Positions 20,413 to 28,865 of a stretch of 64,000 bases of DNA are shown piece after piece; the first letter of the stretch is position 1; each line of letters begins with the position of its first letter. The translations under genes were made by a program, and so were the position numbers. The notes beneath the pieces were generated by a model. It was not told where the DNA came from. It did no database searches and saw only the letters and a list, made by a program, of their open reading frames with translations. The stretch covers positions 7,776 to 71,775 of the forward strand of contig JBBTSM010000006.1 of NCBI GenBank assembly GCA_038064675.1, read 5' to 3'. Origin of the DNA: Patescibacteria group bacterium. GTDB taxonomy: Bacteria; Patescibacteriota; Patescibacteriia; UBA9934.

Positions 20413-20634
20413 ATGCTTTTGAAGAACGTGAAGGAGACCTGCGAAACCGTCGTTTGGGGCTCAACCCTAACCATCGTGATCGCGCTCTGTGGTCTGGTCT
20501 GGGGAAGCTCCGTCACCCACGGCGCCGACACGATCGTCTACAGCTTCGTCTACGGTGGATTCGCCGTGATTCTCCTCATCCCCTCGTCAATCGGGTGGGC
20601 CGTCTCCCACTTCATGACAGCGAGGCGTGAATAG
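20413..20634 (+). CDS. Small 2-TM orphan membrane protein
   Basis: SD GGGAG before ATG 20413; GC3-rich; hairpin downstream. Confidence 0.55.
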   Translation: MLLKNVKETCETVVWGSTLTIVIALCGLVWGSSVTHGADTIVYSFVYGGFAVILLIPSSIGWAVSHFMTARRE

Positions 20635-20750
20635 GAACGGAATCTCAGACCGCGTCGAGTCGGCCCCCAACGAAGGGATCGCTCGCACGGTCTCTTTAGT
20701 TTCAAAAATGCATAGATTCAAGACCTGACCCCACCGTCTTTCAACTCCTC

Positions 20751-20894
20751 CTATTCCCTATTCCACTCAAACCCCACAGATCCACAGTCCCCGCATTTCA
20801 TTTCAAAATACGTTTGATCGTCGCGCGGTTCCGTAACCCCGGTCCATGTTTCCTTGCCGCTGCACAACGGACACTCGGATTCGATAGATTGCAT
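20751..20894 (-). CDS. Small zinc-ribbon protein (47 aa)
   Basis: CPLC...CGDC; TACGAT box 8 nt before ATG. Confidence 0.6.
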   Translation of the reverse strand: MQSIESECPLCSGKETWTGVTEPRDDQTYFEMKCGDCGSVGFEWNRE

Positions 20895-20953
20895 ATGCGG
20901 AAATCGTATCACGCACCATCGATCTGCCGAATTGCTCATGTTACAATGTATCC

Positions 20954-22381
20954 ATGGACTCACTCTGGTACTCAACACGCGCCATGCCGGCTCATCGAAG
21001 AGTTGGTGCGTATATTGCCGATACCGCTCCGCTCGGGCTGTTGTTTAAGCTTGTTCGCGACATTCCTGCAGCAGATCCGTATCTTGTTGGTGGAACAGTT
21101 CGCGACGCGGTTCTTGGCGTCGTTCCACACCGCGCGCACGTGTTAGTTCGCGACGTCGCGCCACCGCTTTTGAACAAATTCCTCAATGCCAACGGTGCGG
21201 TTACGCAACACACAAACGGACATTGGCATGTCACCCCTCGCGGCACACACGAAGCGATTTCCATTTCCGTACCACACGTTCGAACCCTCGATCATTCCGG
21301 AACAGCTACTCGAATTCCCGCACACGAACGATCGCTTCATGACGACCTTGCGGCCCGCGATTTCTCCGTGAACTCGATGGCATATTCGTTGAAAAACGGG
21401 ATTCTTCATGATCCTCACGGCGGATTAAACGATCTCATCAACCGCAAAACCATTCGCACGCTTCATCATCCAGAGCTTCACCTCTCCCAAGAACCGGCGC
21501 TTGTTTCTCGCGCGATTCGTTTAGCAAGTCAGTACGGACTCACGTTCGACCAGGCGCTGTGGAACGCAATCCCCCGTCATCATTCTTCCGTTCATCGCAC
21601 GGATCACGACGAAAACGGCAACAATCAGTACGTCATCCCCCGCGTTCGACTTGGCCACGATGTTTTGATGGCGCTTGCACACAATCCAAAATACGCACTC
21701 GCACTCCTCAAAGACAGTGGCGCGTTAGAATCCCTCGCCCCAGAGCTCCTTCACCATGGCGCAACCATTCATGACGACGGTGAAACCGGTTGGCAGAAAA
21801 CAAACCGTCTCTTCGATATCCTCGAGCATCACGACATCACTCGGGCATACGGCACGGCAAAAAAGAGTGCGACGCTGTACCTTGCCGGTCTCCTCACCCT
21901 TCTCGACGACCGCGCAATGGGAACGCTCCGCAACATCGTTACCCGATTACACCTTCACGCCGTTGATGACCATCGTCTACACTTCGATCATACGGATGCC
22001 GGATGGATGCTCAACAAAACCGTCACCCTCACCCAAGGCCACGCTACCGATCTCTCCCCCGCCGAACGCGAACGACTTGTTCGCGGCCAACGCGGCGCAG
22101 AACTCCTCGCGCTTCTTGATGCAACCGCAAGCGCAAAACACGAACACGGCATCGCTCGTGAGAATCTGGTCGACCTCAGAAACGAACGTGATCGCTGGCT
22201 CAATAACCCAGCTCCTGATGAGCTCGTCCGCGGTCGCGACCTGCTTGCTCTCAACTACTCCCCCGGCGCACATCTCCGAGGAATCTTAGACAAAATCCGC
22301 AGCGCTCAACTGGACGGCTATCTTTCTAGTCGCGCCGCCGCTCTCGACTTTGCACGCTATCTCGCAGCACAACAGTCATAA
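20954..22381 (+). CDS. CCA-adding enzyme / poly(A) polymerase family protein with degenerate catalytic motifs
   Basis: YLVGGTVRD, DLAARDFSVNSMAY, DPHGGLNDL, RAIRLA, VRGRDLLAL..PG; the DxD motif is replaced. Confidence 0.8.
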   Translation: MDSLWYSTRAMPAHRRVGAYIADTAPLGLLFKLVRDIPAADPYLVGGTVRDAVLGVVPHRAHVLVRDVAPPLLNKFLNANGAVTQHTNGHWHVTPRGTHEAISISVPHVRTLDHSGTATRIPAHERSLHDDLAARDFSVNSMAYSLKNGILHDPHGGLNDLINRKTIRTLHHPELHLSQEPALVSRAIRLASQYGLTFDQALWNAIPRHHSSVHRTDHDENGNNQYVIPRVRLGHDVLMALAHNPKYALALLKDSGALESLAPELLHHGATIHDDGETGWQKTNRLFDILEHHDITRAYGTAKKSATLYLAGLLTLLDDRAMGTLRNIVTRLHLHAVDDHRLHFDHTDAGWMLNKTVTLTQGHATDLSPAERERLVRGQRGAELLALLDATASAKHEHGIARENLVDLRNERDRWLNNPAPDELVRGRDLLALNYSPGAHLRGILDKIRSAQLDGYLSSRAAALDFARYLAAQQS

Positions 22382-22387
22382 CGCCCT

Positions 22388-23221
22388 ATGTCCTGGGAAC
22401 AACACGCAGCAAACGATCCTCGCCTTGAGCATTTTCGCAATCCGGAAGCGCGAAAAGAATTTTTGGCGCTCTCACGAGAAGAACGGGAAGCCGTGGAAAG
22501 GACATCGGATCTTATCGCAAAGGAGGCGGATTTTTTCCGTTTGTGCATGGGGAAGAAGATTGCGACAAATTACGAAATAAGCGATTTCGGGACGAAAACA
22601 TTTCACGGACCCGAAACCACGATTCCCATTCTCCGAACCTGGGCTGAGAGCATTCCTCTCTCCATAAAGCAGTACCTTGGTGGCATTGTGGATACCGCGG
22701 TCCTCTTTCGTTTTCCGTATCCGGATCCCACTAAGCCCTACAGTCTGTTTTATTTTCACGGAAAGGCTTCAGGACAAATGAAAAATCCCAAAACTGGAAA
22801 ACTCGAACTTGTAAATCCGAATGACGTGCGACCGAATCCGGAAGAATTCGCTTTCGCGATGCACGACGAACGAACATTTTCAAAAACCATCGCAGACGAT
22901 GAAACTGCCCTGCGAACACTTCCGATCAGCATTCTTCACGCGGGCATGAAAATCTCTCCAAAAGACCGAGTGTATTTCGACGGATCAATGACCGGCGCAC
23001 GCGGCACCTGGAAGGATCCACGACGACCTGCAGATGAAAAACGAGGACTTGTCTATGTCGATCTCAAGCACGGGAGACTTCGAAACACGCGGGACATGGA
23101 AGTTCCAGGACTCTCTGATTATCAATGCGCACCCGAACAGCTTCTGCAAAGCTTTGAAACGTCTTCTTTTCGCAAGGGAAGAGACACGGCCTTTCTTCAA
23201 AGTTGGACTTGGTCCGAGTAA
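22388..23221 (+). CDS. Hypothetical protein
   Basis: 277 aa ORF 6 nt after the previous stop, ends at a terminator. Confidence 0.65.
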   Translation: MSWEQHAANDPRLEHFRNPEARKEFLALSREEREAVERTSDLIAKEADFFRLCMGKKIATNYEISDFGTKTFHGPETTIPILRTWAESIPLSIKQYLGGIVDTAVLFRFPYPDPTKPYSLFYFHGKASGQMKNPKTGKLELVNPNDVRPNPEEFAFAMHDERTFSKTIADDETALRTLPISILHAGMKISPKDRVYFDGSMTGARGTWKDPRRPADEKRGLVYVDLKHGRLRNTRDMEVPGLSDYQCAPEQLLQSFETSSFRKGRDTAFLQSWTWSE

Positions 23222-23222
23222 A

Positions 23223-23253
23223 CAAAACACCGTCCGCAATGGACGGTGTTTTG
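23223..23253. terminator. Bidirectional intrinsic terminator
   Basis: CAAAACACCGTCC-GCAAT-GGACGGTGTTTTG between a convergent CDS and tRNA. Confidence 0.75.
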
Positions 23254-23330
23254 TGGTGCGCGCACGTGGACTCGAACCACGGACCTTCACAATGTCAATG
23301 TGACGCTCTAACCAACTGAGCTATGCGCGC
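23254..23330 (-). tRNA. tRNA-Val(GAC)
   Basis: Anticodon arm TCACA-TTGACAT-TGTGA; CCA. Confidence 0.95.
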
Positions 23331-23333
23331 TCG

Positions 23334-23458
23334 GAGTGCTGCTCCAGTTTGCCGATTTTCGGCTTGCTACGTCGCACATTCGCTCAACGTACCAAGAAGT
23401 ACGCCTCGCGAACTGTGCTCCTTGCGCACCGAAACTCGTCTAAACTGGAACAGCCCTC
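23334..23458 (+). repeat. ~125 bp long-hairpin repeat, family B, copy 2
   Basis: Arms GCTGCTCCAGTTT / AAACTGGAACAGC; core CTCAACGTACCAAGAAGTACGCCTCG identical to copy 1. Confidence 0.85.
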
Positions 23459-23524
23459 ATCGATTCACTCTCTGAATTCTCGACCGGAAGGATACGATTC
23501 ACAAGGGACAATGTCAATGTGCAA

Positions 23525-23920
23525 TCACCGCTGCTTTTCGGTTCGGGAGAGGAGCATCGCCACCATGCCGGCGGCAAGGAGAAGAGCGAAGAACATCCCG
23601 CCGGCAACGAGAACGGCACGGAAGTCGCACACGAGGATCGATTGGATGTTGAAGTGCTCAGCGCCTTGCAATGTTCCCCGAGTAACAAGTTCGTCTGGGC
23701 ATCGCAGACCGTGCGGACGGGAAAGAATGATCCCCGCGTACGCTGCGCCAAATGCTGTTGCAGCGGCGCCCAAGGTGAACAAGCAGCTAAACCGGGCCTT
23801 CTTCATGTGCATCGCCCGCGCCGCGGCAATGATCGAAAACACCACGCCACCCAAAATCCAATAGATAATAAACCACGAGAGCGACAGAACAAGAAGTGCG
23901 GTTGTGGGATTCGCGGTCAT
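23525..23920 (-). CDS. Hypothetical membrane protein
   Basis: 131 aa, 3 TM segments. Confidence 0.65.
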   Translation of the reverse strand: MTANPTTALLVLSLSWFIIYWILGGVVFSIIAAARAMHMKKARFSCLFTLGAAATAFGAAYAGIILSRPHGLRCPDELVTRGTLQGAEHFNIQSILVCDFRAVLVAGGMFFALLLAAGMVAMLLSRTEKQR

Positions 23921-23926
23921 AAAAGA

Positions 23927-24085
23927 TTAGAGCGCGGAAAGCGCAAGGAACAGCACGGTTCCCGCAGCGAACGCCGCAAGGAAGAAGATATAGCTCAAGC
24001 CGACAAACTCGTGGTTATGGTGCTGGCGGCCCATTATACCAAAAACAACGCCGAGAAAGAGAAGAAGAGGAGGAATGAAATACAT
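23927..24085 (-). CDS. Small 2-TM protein (52 aa), below the ORF-track cutoff
   Basis: Manual translation MYFIPPLLLFLGVVFGIMGRQHHNHEFVGLSYIFFLAAFAAGTVLFLALSAL; fills the gap between tRNA-Ile and the next gene. Confidence 0.55.
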   Translation of the reverse strand: MYFIPPLLLFLGVVFGIMGRQHHNHEFVGLSYIFFLAAFAAGTVLFLALSAL

Positions 24086-24090
24086 ACGCT

Positions 24091-24167
24091 TGGTGGGTCT
24101 GCCTGGACTCGAACCAGGGACCGGCGAGGTATAAGCTCGCTGCTCTAACCAACTGAGCTACAGACCC
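24091..24167 (-). tRNA. tRNA-Ile(TAT)
   Basis: GGGTCTGTAGCTCAGTTGGTTAGAGCA-GCGAG-CTTATAC-CTCGC...GTTCGA...CAGACCC-A-CCA; anticodon UAU, discriminator A. Confidence 0.9.
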
Positions 24168-24266
24168 TTGGTTGGCTATCGAGGAACGCGAACAGCATAC
24201 TCGTGATCGCAGCCTTTCTCAAGTATAACGCTTTCAAATTCATGGGTTCTGTGCGATACTCCGCCC

Positions 24267-25199
24267 ATGAAAACCATCGAAATCCTGAGCATTGAACCAA
24301 AACGTCTCGACATCGCCCTCGCGGAAGTCCTTGAATTGAGCCGTTCAAAGGCCCAAAAGATCATTTCCGATGGCCGCGTACTCGTGAATGGTTCCGAGGC
24401 AAATGCCCACGAACTCGTCTCTTCAGCCTCCAAAGTCGAGATCGCCGAGCCAAAAGCGCCGATGATCGATCCAAACGCAAAACCGCCCGCACCCCTCAAC
24501 ATTCTCTACGAAGACGCAGACGTTCTCGTCGTAAACAAGCCAGCTGGCCTCCTCGTCCACCCAACCACCGCAAGCACGGAACCAACCCTGCTCGACCTTC
24601 TTCGCGCCCACATTCCTGGTCTTGATGCTGTTGGCGACGACAAAGCTCGCGCCGGCATTGTGCATCGTCTCGATAAACTCGCATCCGGAGTTGTTATCGT
24701 CGCGAAAACTCCTGAAGCATTCACGCATCTCAAGGCACAATTCGCTCAACGCCTTACTGACAAACGGTATACTGCGCTCGTTATGGGCAATGTTACCGAC
24801 GATTCCGGAACCATCACCTTCCCTATTGCACGGTCGCAATCCAACGCTCGAATGGCGGCACGACCAAGCTCACAAGAAGGAAAAGACGCTATTACGCATT
24901 TCGACGTCCTTCATCGCTATGCCAGTGCAACACTGCTCGACGTTCACATCGAAACTGGCCGAACGCATCAAATCCGCGTGCACTTCTTTGCGCTTGGCCG
25001 TCCGGTTGCCGGCGACGAGCTCTACAATATCCGTGGAATCAAGCAGATCCCGCTTGGACGACTGTTCCTTCATGCTCGCGCACTGACGATCGACCTCCCG
25101 AATGGCGAACGAAAGACATTCGAAGCGCCACTGCCACCAGAACTCGAACTCGCCCTCACCAAACTCGCAGAACCCCATCTTCAACGTGTGTCTCGATAA
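24267..25199 (+). CDS. rluD: RluA/RluD family pseudouridine synthase
   Basis: S4 domain, VNKPAGLLVHP, GIVHRLDK, TGRTHQIRVH, LFLHA. Confidence 0.9.
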   Translation: MKTIEILSIEPKRLDIALAEVLELSRSKAQKIISDGRVLVNGSEANAHELVSSASKVEIAEPKAPMIDPNAKPPAPLNILYEDADVLVVNKPAGLLVHPTTASTEPTLLDLLRAHIPGLDAVGDDKARAGIVHRLDKLASGVVIVAKTPEAFTHLKAQFAQRLTDKRYTALVMGNVTDDSGTITFPIARSQSNARMAARPSSQEGKDAITHFDVLHRYASATLLDVHIETGRTHQIRVHFFALGRPVAGDELYNIRGIKQIPLGRLFLHARALTIDLPNGERKTFEAPLPPELELALTKLAEPHLQRVSR

Positions 25200-25211
25200 A
25201 TCATCCTCACT

Positions 25212-25778
25212 ATGATCATCGCGCTCTCCGGTCTTTCTGGCACCGGAAAAACCACCATCAAGAACCTCCTCGCAGAACGGCTTGGCTTGCGGTCGTATTC
25301 AATGGGCGACCTTCGAGGGAAGATGGCGATGGAACGCGGCGTGACGATCGACGAACTCAATGCCCAAGGCATGACCGATGCATCGACAGATCGTGAGGTA
25401 GACGAATTTCAAACAAAACTCGGACGGACTGAAGACAATTTCATCATCGACGGCTGGCTTTCGTGGCACTTCATCCCCCACGCCTTCAAGGTGCAGTTGA
25501 CGGTGGATCCGACGGTTGCGGCAATACGCATCTACAACGCAAAAAAGAACGAGCCAGGAAGGGACGACGAGCCAGACTTTTCATCGGTCGCGGAAACGGA
25601 GCGAATCTTAGCCGATCGCGTGGCTCAAAGTGAGGTTCGGTATCAAAAATGGTACGGTTTTTCCCTGAAAAATGACGGGAAATACGACCTCATCGTCGAA
25701 ACCACACACCGAACCCCTGCAGAGATCATCGACGCCATCCTTAGCGCCATCCCCAAAAATCTTGACCCTCAGCCATAA
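25212..25778 (+). CDS. cmk: Cytidylate kinase, archaeal-type/AAA family
   Basis: SGLSGTGKTT, GDLRGKMAMERG, DREVD, RYQKWYG, YDLIVET. Confidence 0.8.
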   Translation: MIIALSGLSGTGKTTIKNLLAERLGLRSYSMGDLRGKMAMERGVTIDELNAQGMTDASTDREVDEFQTKLGRTEDNFIIDGWLSWHFIPHAFKVQLTVDPTVAAIRIYNAKKNEPGRDDEPDFSSVAETERILADRVAQSEVRYQKWYGFSLKNDGKYDLIVETTHRTPAEIIDAILSAIPKNLDPQP

Positions 25779-25878
25779 TTCCGCTACACTCCGCCCATTG
25801 TTCGGAACCTTTCACTCGCTCAATTTGCCCAAGCGCAGCGATCGCCCAAGGCGTAATCGCCGATCGCTCAATACTCCT

Positions 25879-26247
25879 ATGACCGACGCCATCGAAACCA
25901 CTGAAATCACCGACGCTCCAGCAGCAGTCGTCACCCCTACTGTTGTTGAAACAGGCATGGTGATCCGTCTCCACGAAAAAATTCAGGACGTGAACGCCAA
26001 AGGCGAACCACGTGAGCGTATCCAAATCTTCGAAGGCTTGGTGACCGGCACCCGCGGTGCTGGCGCATCGAAATCGTTCGTGGTCCGCAAGGAAAGCAAC
26101 GGATTCGGCGTAGAAAAGATTTTCCCAACCTCTTCCCCAGTTATCGTAAAGATCGAAGTGGTGAAGCGATACAAGGTCCGCAAGCGCAAGTTGAACTTCA
26201 TGAAAGACTTCGGCCGCAAGTTGCGCGAACTCGTCGTCAAGAAATAA
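25879..26247 (+). CDS. rplS: 50S ribosomal protein L19
   Basis: ERIQIFEGLV, VRKESNGFGVEKIFP, KVRKRKL. Confidence 0.95.
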   Translation: MTDAIETTEITDAPAAVVTPTVVETGMVIRLHEKIQDVNAKGEPRERIQIFEGLVTGTRGAGASKSFVVRKESNGFGVEKIFPTSSPVIVKIEVVKRYKVRKRKLNFMKDFGRKLRELVVKK

Positions 26248-26253
26248 TCTCAT

Positions 26254-26285
26254 CAAAACCCCGGCTCTCACGAGCCGGGGTTTTG
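26254..26285. terminator. Bidirectional intrinsic terminator
   Basis: CAAAACCCCGGCTC-TCAC-GAGCCGGGGTTTTG. Confidence 0.8.
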
Positions 26286-26307
26286 TATTGTACGCTCAGA
26301 GTCGGTC

Positions 26308-27738
26308 CTAAAATGTGTGACAGAAGTATCCAGCCCCTAAGCTCGTACTCAATCCAAAGAAGTCCTTGAGCGCCTCGGCGACTGTTCGACTTGTGTCGCT
26401 TGCCGCACCCTCGTTGTACGCGCAGCGTGAAGCACCAAGCGCCGCCGCAACGCCACACGGGTCGGCGTTACATATCGTTTGAAGGAGCAATGCTCCGCCA
26501 GAGAAATTAATCGGAAGCTGCATGTATACCGGATCGGCTACATCCCCAATCTGCTGTGCAGAATATGCCATGTCCAAATCCTCATACACTCCACAGCCCC
26601 GCGGAACGCCCGCCGTGTCGCCGTCCTGCGTGGCGTCGAACAGGATACTTGGACAGCTAATGCCCCGCGCCGATGCCAAAGAATCTCCAGCCGTTGCACA
26701 ACTATTCAGGGTTGAATTAAACACGCAATACGTCGTGCCGCCGGACGCCGTATCATCAAGTGCGTTACACGAACTCGCTGTTGGGCTCGGAAGCTGTGCA
26801 CACGATTTGCACACACTCGTTTCGCCATCCTTCACGCAGACTTTCCCCGCATCAGCACCCGAACATTTTGTGTAATTACACACATCATCTTCCTTCCACG
26901 ATCCAATCGTCCCTTCCACCGGTGTTCCAGAGATCGTCCCCGTTCCACCGCAAGCCGCTGTTCCGGTTTTCAAGGCGACACTGTATCCAACATCGGCATC
27001 CGTTAAGCGCTCGCAGGAAGACTCCGCATCGAGAATTGTTACTTCCTTAATCATCGGGATACGCAGGGCGTTAAGTGCGGTGAGGCGTGGATCGATCAGG
27101 TTCAAGAGTACAAAGATACTCAGCAGAATAACAAGCCCAGTAATGGCGTTTGTAATGCGCTTCTTTGCCTTTTCAATGTACTTACTTTTTCCACGGGACA
27201 TAACGTACTGCAAACCACCGAGCATCATCATCACCACGGCAATAAGCGATGCCGCCGGCAAAAGCCACGTATAGATATCGTTGATGTATGTGGGAAGATT
27301 CGCAACTTCTGTCACACTGCCGATCGCCACGTTTAACGTGTATGGAGCGTCGTCTGCATAACAATATTTCTGCGGCAAGCTACTTGTTTTCGTCACCGCA
27401 CAGTCGTACGGCATGTCTCCCCCAGCCCAAGACGCACCGATCAATGTTGCGCCGCTGTATCCGCTCCATGATTCGCATTGATCTTGTGTCCAGCACTTTG
27501 GATTCCGATCGGGGTACTGCTGGGGATCGTTAAAACACCCAACAAATCGCGTATTCGTATCGATACACGTTTGCTGACAGGCACTATTCGTCATTTGATC
27601 CGCATCTACCGCGCCAGTCCCAGCCGATCCGCAAAAACATTCACACGTTGCTGCCGTCGACGCAAACGTGGCCTTTGGAAAAAAGGTAAGCAACGCCACG
27701 GCGGCGAGGGCAAGAAGACTACGTTTGACGCATGGCAT
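26308..27738 (-). CDS. Cys-rich secreted protein with pilin-like (TrbC/VirB2-type) membrane domain
   Basis: Signal peptide; YINDIY..IAVVMMMLGGLQYVMSRG..AKKRITNAITGL..LLNLIDP; many Cys. Confidence 0.7.
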   Translation of the reverse strand: MPCVKRSLLALAAVALLTFFPKATFASTAATCECFCGSAGTGAVDADQMTNSACQQTCIDTNTRFVGCFNDPQQYPDRNPKCWTQDQCESWSGYSGATLIGASWAGGDMPYDCAVTKTSSLPQKYCYADDAPYTLNVAIGSVTEVANLPTYINDIYTWLLPAASLIAVVMMMLGGLQYVMSRGKSKYIEKAKKRITNAITGLVILLSIFVLLNLIDPRLTALNALRIPMIKEVTILDAESSCERLTDADVGYSVALKTGTAACGGTGTISGTPVEGTIGSWKEDDVCNYTKCSGADAGKVCVKDGETSVCKSCAQLPSPTASSCNALDDTASGGTTYCVFNSTLNSCATAGDSLASARGISCPSILFDATQDGDTAGVPRGCGVYEDLDMAYSAQQIGDVADPVYMQLPINFSGGALLLQTICNADPCGVAAALGASRCAYNEGAASDTSRTVAEALKDFFGLSTSLGAGYFCHTF

Positions 27739-28495
27739 CGAGAATTTGGGTAAAGATGGTAAAAGGAATGGATCCTTCTACTTTCTGACCATTAAAGAAA
27801 AAGGTTGGTGTACCGGTAACACCCGCAGCTGCGCCGTCGGAACTATCCGCCGTTACATCGTTCGCGTAATAATCGGAATCCAAGCAACGCGCAAATTGAT
27901 CGCTATCCAACCCAAGTGTGTCGGCGATTCCGCTTAACGTCTCCACACCGAGCGGTTCTTTGCTCGCGAACACTGCATCATGATACTCCCAAAACTTTCC
28001 CTGCTCTGCGGCGCAACCCCCAGCTTGCGCCGCAATGGTTGCACCGGAGTGAAGTTCCTCCAACGGATAATTTCGGAATACAACGCGAACATCGTCCGGA
28101 TATTGTTTTGCAATGGCACGAACAATAGGAGCGACTTCCTGGGAATAGGGGCAGCCAAAATCGGCGAACTCCACAACCGTGATCTTTGCGTTCTTATTTC
28201 CAAGTGATGGGTCGCTCGCTCCAAGAAGCGATGCGGAATCCGTATTCGTCGCCGCCTTCGCCGCGAATGCCGTTACCGCACGAGTAAAGTTTGTTGTGGT
28301 ATATGCCAACGCCGGGTTAATAGAGCCGTCTCGAATTCCACGGTAAAAAGAAAACACCCGCCACGAAAAACCCAAAACAAGGAAAAGCGCAACAACAAAT
28401 CCAAACATACCCAAAAGACGCGCCGGAGACCACCGGTGTTTCGCTGGTGGCGGCGTCTGTACGGGAAGCATGTTTATTTCCTCAGTCTCCTCCAT
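27719..28495 (-). CDS. DsbA-family protein
   Basis: EFADFGCPYS (CxxS), GKFWEYHD, GTPTFFFNG. Confidence 0.88.
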   Translation of the reverse strand: MEETEEINMLPVQTPPPAKHRWSPARLLGMFGFVVALFLVLGFSWRVFSFYRGIRDGSINPALAYTTTNFTRAVTAFAAKAATNTDSASLLGASDPSLGNKNAKITVVEFADFGCPYSQEVAPIVRAIAKQYPDDVRVVFRNYPLEELHSGATIAAQAGGCAAEQGKFWEYHDAVFASKEPLGVETLSGIADTLGLDSDQFARCLDSDYYANDVTADSSDGAAAGVTGTPTFFFNGQKVEGSIPFTIFTQILDAMRQT

Positions 28496-28570
28496 ATCTG
28501 CCCGGATTATACCATAATGCGATGCACTGATCTTTACGACACAACCCCAATTTGGTATGCTTTCCGCACT

Positions 28571-28786
28571 ATGATTCTCGATATTCTCCAGGCCGTTCTC
28601 GCTGTTCTTCTCTCAACAGCAATTCTCCTCCAAGCTCGTGGTGCGAGCGTTGGCTTGGCCTTTGGTGGCAGCGGAGACTTCTACCGAACCCGCCGCGGCA
28701 TTGAAAAGAAGCTTCACGTCGCAACCGTTGTTCTTGCGATACTCTTCTTTGGAACAGCACTGGCAAACAGCCTCTTCAACGTCTAG
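28571..28786 (+). CDS. secG: Preprotein translocase subunit SecG
   Basis: ILLQARGASVGLAFGG..RTRRGIEK. Confidence 0.9.
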   Translation: MILDILQAVLAVLLSTAILLQARGASVGLAFGGSGDFYRTRRGIEKKLHVATVVLAILFFGTALANSLFNV

Positions 28787-28865
28787 TTCCCCATTCCATA
28801 TTTCGTTTTCCTTTTCCTCTCTTCGTGCCCAGTGTTCTCGCTGGATCGCTTCGATCCGCTCTTTT

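Noticed and set aside
20717-20732. TTCAAGACCTGACCCC, REP-like motif
   Set aside because: Single copy with no partner in this window; cannot be supported.
23508-23521. 14 nt identity with the tRNA-Val(GAC) anticodon arm (possible att site)
   Set aside because: It coincides with a TTGACA-17-TATCCT promoter for the tRNA on the minus strand; no integrase, and no tRNA 3'-end duplication.
28638-28865. N-terminal extension of the ABC substrate-binding protein overlapping secG
   Set aside because: Likely an ORF-caller artefact; secG occupies 28571-28786 in another frame.
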